Shown here: piece by piece, positions 46,857 to 55,550 of the stretch | How positions within the stretch are numbered: position 1 is the first letter of the stretch | Layout: each line of letters opens with the position of its first letter | DNA from: Oscillospiraceae bacterium | Lineage (GTDB): Bacteria > Bacillota > Clostridia > Oscillospirales > Ruminococcaceae | Assembly: GCA_009777415.1 (NCBI GenBank) | Contig: WRLX01000002.1 | Span: 231-64,230 of the forward strand | Direction: 5' to 3' | Length of the DNA: 64,000 nt | Translations under genes and position numbers: made by a program | Notes under the pieces: model-generated | Told to the model about the DNA's origin: nothing | What the model saw: only the letters and a program-made list of their open reading frames with translations | Databases searched by the model: none

Positions 46857-48571
46857 TGAACTTTATTAAAGAAATTCTTGCAAAATGCAAGGGATTCTTT
46901 GTAGACTGCTTTACAAAAGTCAAAGATTCCATTAGCAATTGCAATCCGAAAGTTTTGAAAATTTCCGCCATTTCGGGCGGAGGCGCACTCATTGTGACAA
47001 TCGGGCTTATTGTTTGGTTTTCCGTAGGGGGAAATGAAACATTAGACATTGTTCCCGCTGTTCGCCCTACGGGAACAAACGGAGGCGGTGGGGCGGTGAA
47101 TCGTGGCGATGAAGAAAATCCCAGAGATGCGGGTTTTTATGATGACGGTCATGAAACCGCTTATGAGGTATCGTTCACGGATGAAGCGGGTGACACAATA
47201 GTAATCGGGACTCCCGGTTCGCCGTCTGCTACTACAGCCGCACGGACTACTGCGGCGCGAACCGGAAACAGCACTACGTCTGCCGGGGGAACTCAAGCCA
47301 CTCAGCAGCAGACTACTTCGGGGGGGGCAACTACACCGGGTCAGCAAACGACTACGCCTCCTCAAGATGACGGCGAGACTTTTGTGCGAATCACTTTGAA
47401 CGGAAGCTCTGCTACAAGCACTACCGCAATTGGCGGCGCGGTGGCGGAGATTGGGACACGGAGCATTACAATTAATCACCCGGGTGAATATTTAGTCACC
47501 GGGACTATCCACGATGGAAGTATTGTTGTTGCGGCACAAGGTGATGTGACCTTGAGGCTTGCCGGGGTTAATATTACCCGTTCCGACGGGCCGGCAATTC
47601 GTACTACAAGGGAAATGGAAGGTTACAAGCTGACGATTATACTTGAAGGCGATAACACACTTAGGGACGGTCGCCCATGGTCTCCGCCGCGCGACGGGAT
47701 TGAAGACCCGGATGCGGACGGGGAGGCCGAAGACACCCCCGCGACACGTAACGGCGCGATTTTCAGCCGTGCGATTGAGCTTGTTATAACAGGCAGCGGA
47801 AAGCTTAATATACACGGCGGTCACGGTCACGGAATTAACTCGCGTAACGCGCTTACGCTCCTTTCCACAAATGTGGAGGTAGATGCGCCGACACATGGGT
47901 TGCGTTCCAGAATACAGACGACTATTGTTAATTCAAATGTAACAATAAGGGCCGGCAGTAAAGGAATCCGCGGCGCAGGAGCAAACCACGGTCATGTTAA
48001 TGTTATGGGTTCAACTTTGAACATTAACTCTACCCGTGACGCAATTCATTCTGAAGCGGGCATTTCCTTGGAACACACAAATTATACCGCGACTGTTCAC
48101 GGCGGATGGACTTCGGGTAGGTCGGAAGAAACAATGAGAGGTCTGCGTTCGGGCGGGAATGTAACTATTAACGGCGGAATGATTGTTCTCAACTGCGCGG
48201 AGGATGCGATAAGTGCGTCGAATGAAGTCTTTATCAACGGAGCTACTTTAGACCTTCACTCATCACGTCGCGCAATTCGCGGACAATTCGGCGTGACCGT
48301 GAACAGCTCTGATGTAACTGTTCATGTCAGCAATCACGGATTCCGCGGGCTTAATGTGTTCATTAACGGCACCAGCTTGAATATCCATTTTGTAGGGAAG
48401 TTTGTTGAAACGGGGTATTCGGGTAATCAGGCAAGAGGCATACCTCCGCAAACGGGCGGTGCGTTTCTTGACGGGCAGGATGTACAACAATTGCCGATAG
48501 ATGTGTTGGCATCTATGATGTCGCGTTGTGCCGGATGTCACACGCTGACTATTAACCATTCGGACGACTAA
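46856..48571 (+). CDS. Membrane-anchored carbohydrate-binding beta-helix protein (DUF4353/Cthe_2159-like)
   Basis: TM, Thr-rich linker, ITINHPGEYLVTG..DGSIVV, NTLRDG, GAIFS, DAIHS, ITINGG-type repeats; usual partner of VTC-DUF4956. Confidence 0.75.
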   Translation: MNFIKEILAKCKGFFVDCFTKVKDSISNCNPKVLKISAISGGGALIVTIGLIVWFSVGGNETLDIVPAVRPTGTNGGGGAVNRGDEENPRDAGFYDDGHETAYEVSFTDEAGDTIVIGTPGSPSATTAARTTAARTGNSTTSAGGTQATQQQTTSGGATTPGQQTTTPPQDDGETFVRITLNGSSATSTTAIGGAVAEIGTRSITINHPGEYLVTGTIHDGSIVVAAQGDVTLRLAGVNITRSDGPAIRTTREMEGYKLTIILEGDNTLRDGRPWSPPRDGIEDPDADGEAEDTPATRNGAIFSRAIELVITGSGKLNIHGGHGHGINSRNALTLLSTNVEVDAPTHGLRSRIQTTIVNSNVTIRAGSKGIRGAGANHGHVNVMGSTLNINSTRDAIHSEAGISLEHTNYTATVHGGWTSGRSEETMRGLRSGGNVTINGGMIVLNCAEDAISASNEVFINGATLDLHSSRRAIRGQFGVTVNSSDVTVHVSNHGFRGLNVFINGTSLNIHFVGKFVETGYSGNQARGIPPQTGGAFLDGQDVQQLPIDVLASMMSRCAGCHTLTINHSDD

Positions 48572-48597
48572 ACCGGGTAAAATTCAATAATAGGTTT

Positions 48598-48633
48598 CAA
48601 AGGTTCGCTCGACCGTTGGGCGAACCTTTGTTT
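48598..48633 (+). terminator. Rho-independent terminator
   Basis: CAAAGGTTCGCTCGA / TTGGGCGAACCTTTG followed by TTT. Confidence 0.75.
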
Positions 48634-48644
48634 AACTTGACTTA

Positions 48645-48698
48645 GAGCCTGTTTAGAATCTCGCTCACGGCGGATTTTCGGAGAATCTAAACAGGCTT
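48645..48698. mobile_element. 54-bp MITE-like relic with TTA flanks
   Basis: TTA-GAGCCTGTTTAGAATCTC...GAGAATCTAAACAGGCTT-TTA; 16/18 terminal inverted repeat. Confidence 0.6.
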
Positions 48699-48722
48699 TT
48701 AGGAAAGAAATTAATTTAAGTA

Positions 48723-48823
48723 TGTGCGGGAAGGGTATAGGTAAAAACATTGAAAATAAATCTGAGGTTGTGCGGGAAACGCACTTTTATGGCTATTCAA
48801 CGCCGGAAGGGAATGGTGTAAAA
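48723..48823 (+). repeat. Family A unit (box-core-box, period 76)
   Basis: GGAAGGG at 48729 and 48805; core TTGAAAATAAATCTGAGGTTGTGCGGGAAACGCACTTT resembles the 55228 variant. Confidence 0.88.
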
Positions 48824-50683
48824 ATGGAGAAATTCAAGTTTACAAGCGATGTAATGGAAATTTTGAATAATTGTAAGGGGGTTACGATTCCCGAAACGCG
48901 AAAAGAGTTGATAGAGCTTGCGCTGAACGGGACTGACGAGTTTACGGTCAGTTATGAAGTTGACGGAAAAATGCGGGATGAAGCGATTGTGACCCGCTGT
49001 AAAAACGGCGTGGTAATTAATTATACCGACCCGTATATGCGCAGAAGAGACCCCGACTGCCTTATTGTAGGCGATGACAAGGCGACTGACAAGCCGCGGT
49101 ATTCCGAGATGTTCGGCAAGGATTTCGGCGAGCTTAGGAAAGAAACTTTTGAATGGCTTAAACAGCAGGAACTGCTTGTTGTCCCGGTAATGGTCGGCGG
49201 CGATGAATACGGTTATCCTGTGGTTTTGATTGCGCCGAAAAATGCGGGATTTTTCGCCTGCGGATTGAGCGATTTGCAATATTTTACGAATATTGCCGAG
49301 TACGACGGTGTTTTTGAGCCTGTGGTTAATATTTACCTTGTTCCGCCGTTTAGACACACACACTTTGACGGAAAGCAGATAGTCGTACATAATCGACTTG
49401 ACGAGGTTTACGAGCTGCTTTCTTATAATCTTTATCCCGGGCCGAGTGCGAAAAAGGGACTTTACGGATTCCTGCTTGATGTCGGCGAACGTGAAGGGTG
49501 GATTACTGCACACACCTCCGCAGTTAAAATTGTAACACCTTATGAAAATGAAATTGTTATGATGCATGAGGGTGCGTCCGGCGGCGGGAAAAGCGAAATG
49601 AGCGAACACGTTCACCGTGAACCCGACGGAAGAATCCATGTGGGGACAAACATAGTGACTAAAGAGGATTTTTACCTCCGATTGGAAGAACCATGTGAAT
49701 TGCATCCAATTGCCGATGACATGGCAATGTGCCATCCGAAAATGCAAAACGACAGCAAGAAGTTAGTTATTAAGGACGTTGAGGCGGGCTGGTTCGTGCG
49801 GGTTGACCATATCAAGGAGTATGGGACTGACCCGCATTTGGAAAAGTCTTGCATTCAGCCGGATGAACCGCTTGTATTTATGAGTATGCAAGCACAGCCG
49901 AACTCCACCGTGCTTATTTGGGAGCATACAATTGATGAAGACACCAATAAACCCTGCCCTAATCCGCGCGTAATTTTGCCGCGCAGAATGATTCAAAATA
50001 TAATCGATGCGCCCGCCGAAGTCGATATAAGGAGCTTTGGCGTGAGGACACCGCCGTGTACAATGGAAGTCCCCACATACGGGATTATGGGGTTAATGCA
50101 CATTTTGCCGCCCGCTTTGGGGTGGTTGTGGCGGTTGGTTGCGCCGAGGGGACACGCTAACCCAAGTATAGTCGATAAGGGCGGAATGACAAGCGAGGGA
50201 ATCGGCTCATATGGGTATTTCTTAACGGGTTCGGTAGTAAAACAAGCGAATTTGCTTTTGGAACAGGTATTGAACACTTTGAACACCCGCTATGTTCTAA
50301 TCCCCAATCAGCATATCGGCTGTTACGATGTCGGATTCAAGCCCCAGTGGATTGCCCGCGAATACATTGCAAGACGAGGGAGCGCGCGATTCCGCAGAGA
50401 GAGTTTGATTGAGGCGCGTTGCCCGTTATTGGGGTACGGTTTGAGCAAACTCAAGGTTGACGGGCAGCTTGTGAGAAAAGCATTCCTGCAACCTGAAACG
50501 CAATCGGAAATAGGGCTTGAAGGCTATGACAAGGGGGCGAAAATCCTTTCCGACTTCTTTAAATCGGAGCTGAAAAAGTTTGACACTCCCGAGCTTGACC
50601 CGTTGGGTAAGAAAATCCTCGATTGTTGTATGAATGATGGTTCGCTTGAGGATTATATCGCATTGATTCCTATAAAGTTGTAG
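48824..50683 (+). CDS. DUF4914 family protein (PEP carboxykinase-like P-loop)
   Basis: YMRRRDP, NLYPGPSAKKG, HEGASGGGKSEM, DDMA, CPNPRVI. Confidence 0.8.
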   Translation: MEKFKFTSDVMEILNNCKGVTIPETRKELIELALNGTDEFTVSYEVDGKMRDEAIVTRCKNGVVINYTDPYMRRRDPDCLIVGDDKATDKPRYSEMFGKDFGELRKETFEWLKQQELLVVPVMVGGDEYGYPVVLIAPKNAGFFACGLSDLQYFTNIAEYDGVFEPVVNIYLVPPFRHTHFDGKQIVVHNRLDEVYELLSYNLYPGPSAKKGLYGFLLDVGEREGWITAHTSAVKIVTPYENEIVMMHEGASGGGKSEMSEHVHREPDGRIHVGTNIVTKEDFYLRLEEPCELHPIADDMAMCHPKMQNDSKKLVIKDVEAGWFVRVDHIKEYGTDPHLEKSCIQPDEPLVFMSMQAQPNSTVLIWEHTIDEDTNKPCPNPRVILPRRMIQNIIDAPAEVDIRSFGVRTPPCTMEVPTYGIMGLMHILPPALGWLWRLVAPRGHANPSIVDKGGMTSEGIGSYGYFLTGSVVKQANLLLEQVLNTLNTRYVLIPNQHIGCYDVGFKPQWIAREYIARRGSARFRRESLIEARCPLLGYGLSKLKVDGQLVRKAFLQPETQSEIGLEGYDKGAKILSDFFKSELKKFDTPELDPLGKKILDCCMNDGSLEDYIALIPIKL

Positions 50684-50694
50684 TGCAATACAAG

Positions 50695-50729
50695 GGCTAA
50701 AATGAGGGAATTCATTTCCCTCATTTTAG
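50695..50729 (+). terminator. Terminator hairpin interrupted by a MITE
   Basis: GGCTAAAATGAGGGAA / TTCCCTCATTTTAG; the stem continues (GCC) on the far side of the MITE. Confidence 0.75.
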
Positions 50730-50887
50730 AAGCTGTGTTCATAGTCAATCGCACCGCATAAACGGCAAATTTTCCGCCATACTGCGTTGAAATTTTATTA
50801 AATATCAGTGGATATTCGCAAAAATTTCGCCTTGTCTGACGAAAAATTTGCTCGTTTCTACGGCACACCGCCTATGAACACAGCTTC
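50729..50887. mobile_element. 159-bp MITE with 16-bp TIRs and TTA target duplication
   Basis: TTA-GAAGCTGTGTTCATAG...CTATGAACACAGCTTC-TTA; nested internal inverted repeats. Confidence 0.85.
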
Positions 50888-50973
50888 TTAGCCTGACGAA
50901 GACACATTGTTTGGCAAAACAACTTCCAAGTTTTTAGTGGTAATGGAGTAGTAGGCTCTGCAACCCGCTGTAT

Positions 50974-51058
50974 AAGTTTGAAAAATAAGAAAGTAAGAAC
51001 CACCATGCCGCGAGTTTAATTGGGTTTTGTGCAAGGTTGGGCGGCATGGTCATAAAAA
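50974..51058 (+). repeat. Repeat family B copy 2 (no downstream gene)
   Basis: AAGTTTGAAAAATAAGAAAG...CACCATGCCGC...TTGTGCAAGGTTGGGCGGCATGGTCATAAAA. Confidence 0.7.
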
Positions 51059-51093
51059 CGGACAATAGGCATTTGACTATTGTCCGTTTTTAT
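51052..51093. terminator. Hairpin overlapping the xerC stop codon
   Basis: ATAAAAACGGACAATAG / CTATTGTCCGTTTTTAT 17-bp inverted repeat. Confidence 0.7.
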
Positions 51094-52117
51094 CGGTTTT
51101 GTTCACATCAGACAGTGGATTATTATTTATTGCCTGTCTCATTTGTTCATTCGCCACATGAGTATAAATTTGGGTAGTGCCGAGGTTCTCATGACCGAGG
51201 ACTTCTTTTAATACACGAATGTCCACGCCGTTGCGATACATTAAAGTCGCGGCGGTGTGTCTTAATTTATGAACCGAGAATCCGAGACCGTCCAATCCGC
51301 AGACTCGGAGCTTTTCGGCAATAATCTGCTCGACCCGCCTCCCGGTAATGCGGGTGTACCGTTTGCTCAGGAACAACGCCTTTTCATGTCTTGCTCTCTC
51401 GTTCTCGTCGCAAAGCTGATTCCGCTTATCAATATATTTTTCATGGGATAATGCGCAGGCGGAATTAAGGTAAACAATCCGCTCTTTGTTCCCCTTGCCT
51501 GTTACCCTTATGTAATACAACGGCTCACCCGTAATCGCACAAAGCTCTTTCTTATAGTCCTGCAAATTAAGTCCCACAAGCTCATTGAGCCTCATCCCGC
51601 AGTTGAGAAAAAAAGTCATAATGCAATAGTCGCGTACAGCCATCCAGTTCTCGCTGTCATAGTCGCAGGTTGAAAGCAATTGCATCGCTTGCTCCAAAGT
51701 GAGCGATTTTGGGAGGGGCGGTTTTGCACCGGGCATTTCAAGGTTTTGCGCAGGGCTGACCTCAAACCATTGCTTGTTATTTGTCAGGTATTTGAAAAAC
51801 TGCCGAATTGCAACGGCTCTGCGCGCTCTTGCTTTGAGCGTATTGCTCCTTTCCCCTGCAAGATAATGCAGAAATTCAAGAACATCGTAAAGCACGACGC
51901 CTTTAATAAGCTCGGCGGGAAAGTCGTCAACCTCAATTTCCTCAAAGTCCACATCTTTTGGCGCGAGATTGTGCTTGACCTTCAAAAAACGCAAAAAGGA
52001 CTTTAAATCATGAAAGTAGCTTATTACAGTGTTTTGAGAACGCCCCTTTATAGTCGAAAAATAATCGAGGAATTCCCGCAGAAATTGAGGAATCTCGTTT
52101 TTATTATAATTATACAA
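51077..52117 (-). CDS. xerC: Tyrosine recombinase, XerC/XerD-like
   Basis: RD...GMRLNEL, GKGNKER, HKLRHT, LGHENLGTTQIY. Confidence 0.85.
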   Translation of the reverse strand: MYNYNKNEIPQFLREFLDYFSTIKGRSQNTVISYFHDLKSFLRFLKVKHNLAPKDVDFEEIEVDDFPAELIKGVVLYDVLEFLHYLAGERSNTLKARARRAVAIRQFFKYLTNNKQWFEVSPAQNLEMPGAKPPLPKSLTLEQAMQLLSTCDYDSENWMAVRDYCIMTFFLNCGMRLNELVGLNLQDYKKELCAITGEPLYYIRVTGKGNKERIVYLNSACALSHEKYIDKRNQLCDENERARHEKALFLSKRYTRITGRRVEQIIAEKLRVCGLDGLGFSVHKLRHTAATLMYRNGVDIRVLKEVLGHENLGTTQIYTHVANEQMRQAINNNPLSDVNKTDKNGQ

Positions 52118-52147
52118 TTTTTTACCAACCCTTTCCGCCTTTCCTAC

Positions 52148-52176
52148 ATTTTATCAAAGTTATACGAAATTGTCAA
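52148..52176 (-). promoter_or_regulatory. sigma-A promoter of xerC
   Basis: TTGACA-17-TAAAAT with TG extension. Confidence 0.65.
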
Positions 52177-52182
52177 GCAAAT

Positions 52183-52319
52183 AAAAAGCTCCCCTCTTTT
52201 TAATTACAAAAAGAGGGGACAAATCAAACCAAAAAATTCGCGGAACAAAAGAAAGGAGACAACAAAAATATCGAAATTGTAAAAATTAGTGGTAGCGTCA
52301 ACACGCTCCGTATGTCATT
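52183..52319 (-). ncRNA. Candidate ~135-nt sRNA with anti-SD tract
   Basis: TTGACA-17-TATTAT promoter at 52326-52354, TCTCCTTTCT tract, terminator TCCCCTCTTTTT/AAAAAGAGGGGA followed by T-run; no ORF. Confidence 0.55.
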
Positions 52320-52473
52320 AACAATATAATAGCACGTCTTAATCGATTTGTCAACAGTTAATAATAGTTTTTCAAAAAATTGGTAAAATTTTATGAAAAA
52401 TGCACAATTATATTGTGTAAATTGTATAGAAAGTGTTAAAATACCGCAGTGGACAATAAATTTTCAATAATAT

Positions 52474-52502
52474 TTGACATAAAACCAAAACTATGCTATA
52501 AT
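52474..52502 (+). promoter_or_regulatory. sigma-A promoter of the uppS operon, probably leaderless
   Basis: TTGACA-17-TATAAT with TG extension; ATG 8 nt downstream, no SD. Confidence 0.78.
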
Positions 52503-52510
52503 AACACATT

Positions 52511-53197
52511 ATGGATAAAATAAACAAGCTACCCGAGCATATCGGAATTATAATGGACGGCAATCGCCGTTGGGCGCGGAAACGTATGCTCCCTGTCGCA
52601 ATGGGTCATAAAAAGGGGGCAGAGGTATTCCGCGAAAGAGTACACGACTTTGCGTCAATGGGAATCCGTCATGCGACATTTTACGCGCTTTCCACCGAAA
52701 ATCTGAGCCGTGAGGAAAGTGAAGTAAAAAAATTAATGGAGCTTTTTGAATCACAGTTAGATGAATTGGAAAGAATAACTAATGAAGATGATGTTAAATT
52801 AGTATTTATCGGGGATTTATCGGCTTTCCCCAATAAGCTCGCCGAGAAAATGAAAAAGGCGGAGTGCGGTTCTGTCAATAATGGCGGAATGGTTTGCCGA
52901 TTGGCGGTTAATTACGGGGCGAAGGCTGAGATTGTGAGGGCGGCAAAATTGGCGGCGGAGGGGAATCGAGATGTTACCGAAGCTGATTTCGGCGAGTTTT
53001 TGTATACTAAGAGTACACCCGATGTAGACTTAATTATACGCACGGGCGGGGAAAGACGGCTTTCAAATTTCCTGCTGTGGCAGGCGGCATACGCCGAGCT
53101 GTACTTCACCGATACGCTATGGTGCGACTTTTCAAAAGAAGAGCTGAACAAAGCTTTGGAAGATTACTCAAAACGGAACAGGCGGCACGGTAAATAA
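52511..53197 (+). CDS. uppS: Undecaprenyl diphosphate synthase
   Basis: IIMDGNRRWA, STEN, IRTGGERRLSNFLLWQ. Confidence 0.96.
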   Translation: MDKINKLPEHIGIIMDGNRRWARKRMLPVAMGHKKGAEVFRERVHDFASMGIRHATFYALSTENLSREESEVKKLMELFESQLDELERITNEDDVKLVFIGDLSAFPNKLAEKMKKAECGSVNNGGMVCRLAVNYGAKAEIVRAAKLAAEGNRDVTEADFGEFLYTKSTPDVDLIIRTGGERRLSNFLLWQAAYAELYFTDTLWCDFSKEELNKALEDYSKRNRRHGK

Positions 53198-53200
53198 TCA

Positions 53201-53284
53201 AAAGTAAAAATTCAAGGATCGGCGAACACCATGTGCGGATTTTCCGGTGAGATTTGTGCAGGGTTGTGAGGCAAGGGTAAAAGA
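53201..53284 (+). repeat. Repeat family B copy 3, ending in a family A type box, before cdsA
   Basis: GGCGAACACCATGTGC...TTTGTGCAGGGTTGTGAGGCAAGGGTAAAAGA then ATG. Confidence 0.7.
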
Positions 53285-54139
53285 ATGGTTAGAAGGTTAA
53301 TTTCGGCGGGTGTAGGAATTGTAATAGGGGTTTTAATCCTGTGGTTGGACATGAAAGAGTTGGTCTTGATTGCCGTTGCGGCTTTATCGGCAACGGCTGT
53401 CTATGAAATACTCATTGCGACAAAATATATAAAAAACCGCGCGGGGGCTGCCGTGAGCTTGGTTTTTGTATTTGCCGTGCCTTTTATTGTAGGCTATGAT
53501 ACAACAAGAGGATTTATGAATGCCCGATATGTTTCGTTTGCTTTTATAATCGGCTTGTTTATAATCATGCTGTTTAACCACAAGCGGGTTAAATTTGCCG
53601 AAGTCGCGCTGATGACATTTGTATCGCTGTGTATACCCTTTTCTCTTTCGTGTATAGTCTTTATGTACAACAGTTTTCCGCTTCACAGGACTTTTGTGTT
53701 GGTTTACGCGCTGACTGTCACATGGATAAGCGACTCGGGCGCGTATTTCACGGGGACTTTTTTAGGCAAACATAAAATGTCGCCCGGTATAAGCCCTAAA
53801 AAAACATGGGAAGGATTTGCCGGGGGGGTGGCAAGCGCGGCATTGTTCGGTTTTTTATTGGGAAAAGGCTATGAATGGTCGGCGATTTTGTTCTTTAGCG
53901 AAGGATTGACTTTTAAAGTAGACGTGTTGTTTCTCGCACTGTTGGCAGTTCCATGCTCAGTGTTGGGTGCGTTGGGGGATTTTTCAGCATCTATCCTAAA
54001 GCGGGAATGTGCGGTAAAGGATTTCGGAAGTATAATGCCGGGTCACGGCGGGGTTCTTGACAGATTTGACAGCATTTTGTTTGTAATCCCGTTTGTCTAC
54101 TTGAGCTTTGAACAATACTTCCCTATTGTAAATTTATGA
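53285..54139 (+). CDS. cdsA: Phosphatidate cytidylyltransferase
   Basis: SPKKTWEG, KDFGSIMPGHGGVLDRFDS. Confidence 0.95.
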   Translation: MVRRLISAGVGIVIGVLILWLDMKELVLIAVAALSATAVYEILIATKYIKNRAGAAVSLVFVFAVPFIVGYDTTRGFMNARYVSFAFIIGLFIIMLFNHKRVKFAEVALMTFVSLCIPFSLSCIVFMYNSFPLHRTFVLVYALTVTWISDSGAYFTGTFLGKHKMSPGISPKKTWEGFAGGVASAALFGFLLGKGYEWSAILFFSEGLTFKVDVLFLALLAVPCSVLGALGDFSASILKRECAVKDFGSIMPGHGGVLDRFDSILFVIPFVYLSFEQYFPIVNL

Positions 54140-55218
54140 AAGAAAAACAAATTGTATTACTCGGCTCAACGGGTTCAATCGGCGCACAGACATTAAGCGT
54201 TGCGAAAGCGCATAACATTAAAGTAGTTGCTTTGTCCGTGCATTCTAATACGGCACTTTTAGAAGAATTAAGACGTCAATACAATGTTGAACCCGACAAC
54301 ACTTGCGTATCAAGCGAAAACCCCGATAAGTTATGTGAGTTGGCGGCGATAAAAGACTGTACTGTAGTAAACGCAATTGTGGGAAGCGCGGGACTTAAAC
54401 CGACCCTTGCCGCGATTGAAGCCGGAAACCCGGTTGCCCTCGCCAATAAGGAAGCGTTGGTGGCGGGCGGCGAGATTGTTATGGCTTTGGCGAACGTGAA
54501 CAATGTCCCCGTGATTCCCGTGGACTCGGAACATTCGGCGATTATGCAGTGTTTATCGGGAACAACGAACAAAATTCATAAAATAATACTCACCGCGTCC
54601 GGCGGGGCATTTTACGGCTATACTAAAGAGCAGTTGAAAACTGTTACAAAAGAGCAAGCGTTACAGCACCCTAATTGGAGCATGGGGGCGAAAATCACGG
54701 TTGACTCGGCAACAATGATGAATAAGGGGCTTGAGTTAATTGAGGCTATGCACTTGTTTAACACCGATGAGTCACAAATTGAGGTTGTAATTCACCCGCA
54801 AAGTATAATTCACTCGGCAGTGGAGTTCACTGATGGCACTGTAATTGCGCAATTAAGTGTTCCCGATATGCGGTTGCCCATCCAATACGCGCTGACTTAT
54901 CCGGAAAGGTTGCCATCGCCCGCTAAACGGCTGTCATTCGCTGAATTGGGGAAATTGAGCTTTGCCGCACCCGATTATGACACTTTTCCGTTGCTCCGCT
55001 TGGCGAGGGAGGCGGCGAGACTCGGCGGCAATGCACCCTGCGCACTTAATGCGGCGAATGAAGCTGTAGTATCGCTGTTTTTAAACAGTGATGACAAAAT
55101 CGCGTTCCACGAAATCCCGCAAACGGTTGAAGAAATCTATAATAAAATTGAAAAGACCGAGAATATCAGCCTTGACATAATTGAAAAAACCGAAAACGAA
55201 GCTGTGGCACGCCTTTGA
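54136..55218 (+). CDS. dxr: 1-deoxy-D-xylulose 5-phosphate reductoisomerase
   Basis: LGSTGSIG, LANKE, PVDSEH, HPNWSMGAKITVDSA. Confidence 0.97.
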   Translation: MKEKQIVLLGSTGSIGAQTLSVAKAHNIKVVALSVHSNTALLEELRRQYNVEPDNTCVSSENPDKLCELAAIKDCTVVNAIVGSAGLKPTLAAIEAGNPVALANKEALVAGGEIVMALANVNNVPVIPVDSEHSAIMQCLSGTTNKIHKIILTASGGAFYGYTKEQLKTVTKEQALQHPNWSMGAKITVDSATMMNKGLELIEAMHLFNTDESQIEVVIHPQSIIHSAVEFTDGTVIAQLSVPDMRLPIQYALTYPERLPSPAKRLSFAELGKLSFAAPDYDTFPLLRLAREAARLGGNAPCALNAANEAVVSLFLNSDDKIAFHEIPQTVEEIYNKIEKTENISLDIIEKTENEAVARL

Positions 55219-55227
55219 AAGCGTGTT

Positions 55228-55550
55228 AGGAAGGAATGGTGTAAAAGTTTGAAGATAAATCTGAGGTTGCGCGGAAAACGCACTTTCACGGCTCGTTGGA
55301 GCAGGAAAGGAATGGTGTAAAAGTTTGAAGATAAATCTGAGGTTGCGCGGAAAACGCACTTTCATGGCTCATTGGAGCAGGGAAGGAATGGTGTAAAAGT
55401 TTGAAGATAAATCTGAGGTTGCGCGGAAAACGCACTTTCACGGCTCATTGGAGCAGGGAAGGAATGGTGTAAAAGTTTGAAGATAAATCTGAGGTTGCGC
55501 GGAAAACGCACTTTCATGGCTCATTGGAGCAGGGAAGGAATGGTGTAAAA
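55228..55550 (+). repeat. Family A array (4 cores, 5 boxes, period 76) before rseP
   Basis: GGAATGGTGTAAAA at 55233, 55309, 55385, 55461, 55537. Confidence 0.97.

Noticed and set aside
48526-48542. CxxCH heme-binding motif at the end of the DUF4353-like protein
   Set aside because: Isolated motif at the extreme C-terminus with no cytochrome c maturation context; not enough to call a cytochrome.
51077-52117. Integron (integrase plus attC cassettes) explanation for the repeats
   Set aside because: The recombinase looks like a housekeeping XerC-type enzyme with no visible IntI-specific insertion, and the repeats precede core genes in conserved operons; nothing in the sequence links it to the repeats.
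55228-55550. CRISPR array interpretation of the 74-78-bp periodic arrays
   Set aside because: The would-be spacers are near-identical within each array and homologous between arrays; no cas genes in the window; arrays abut start codons.
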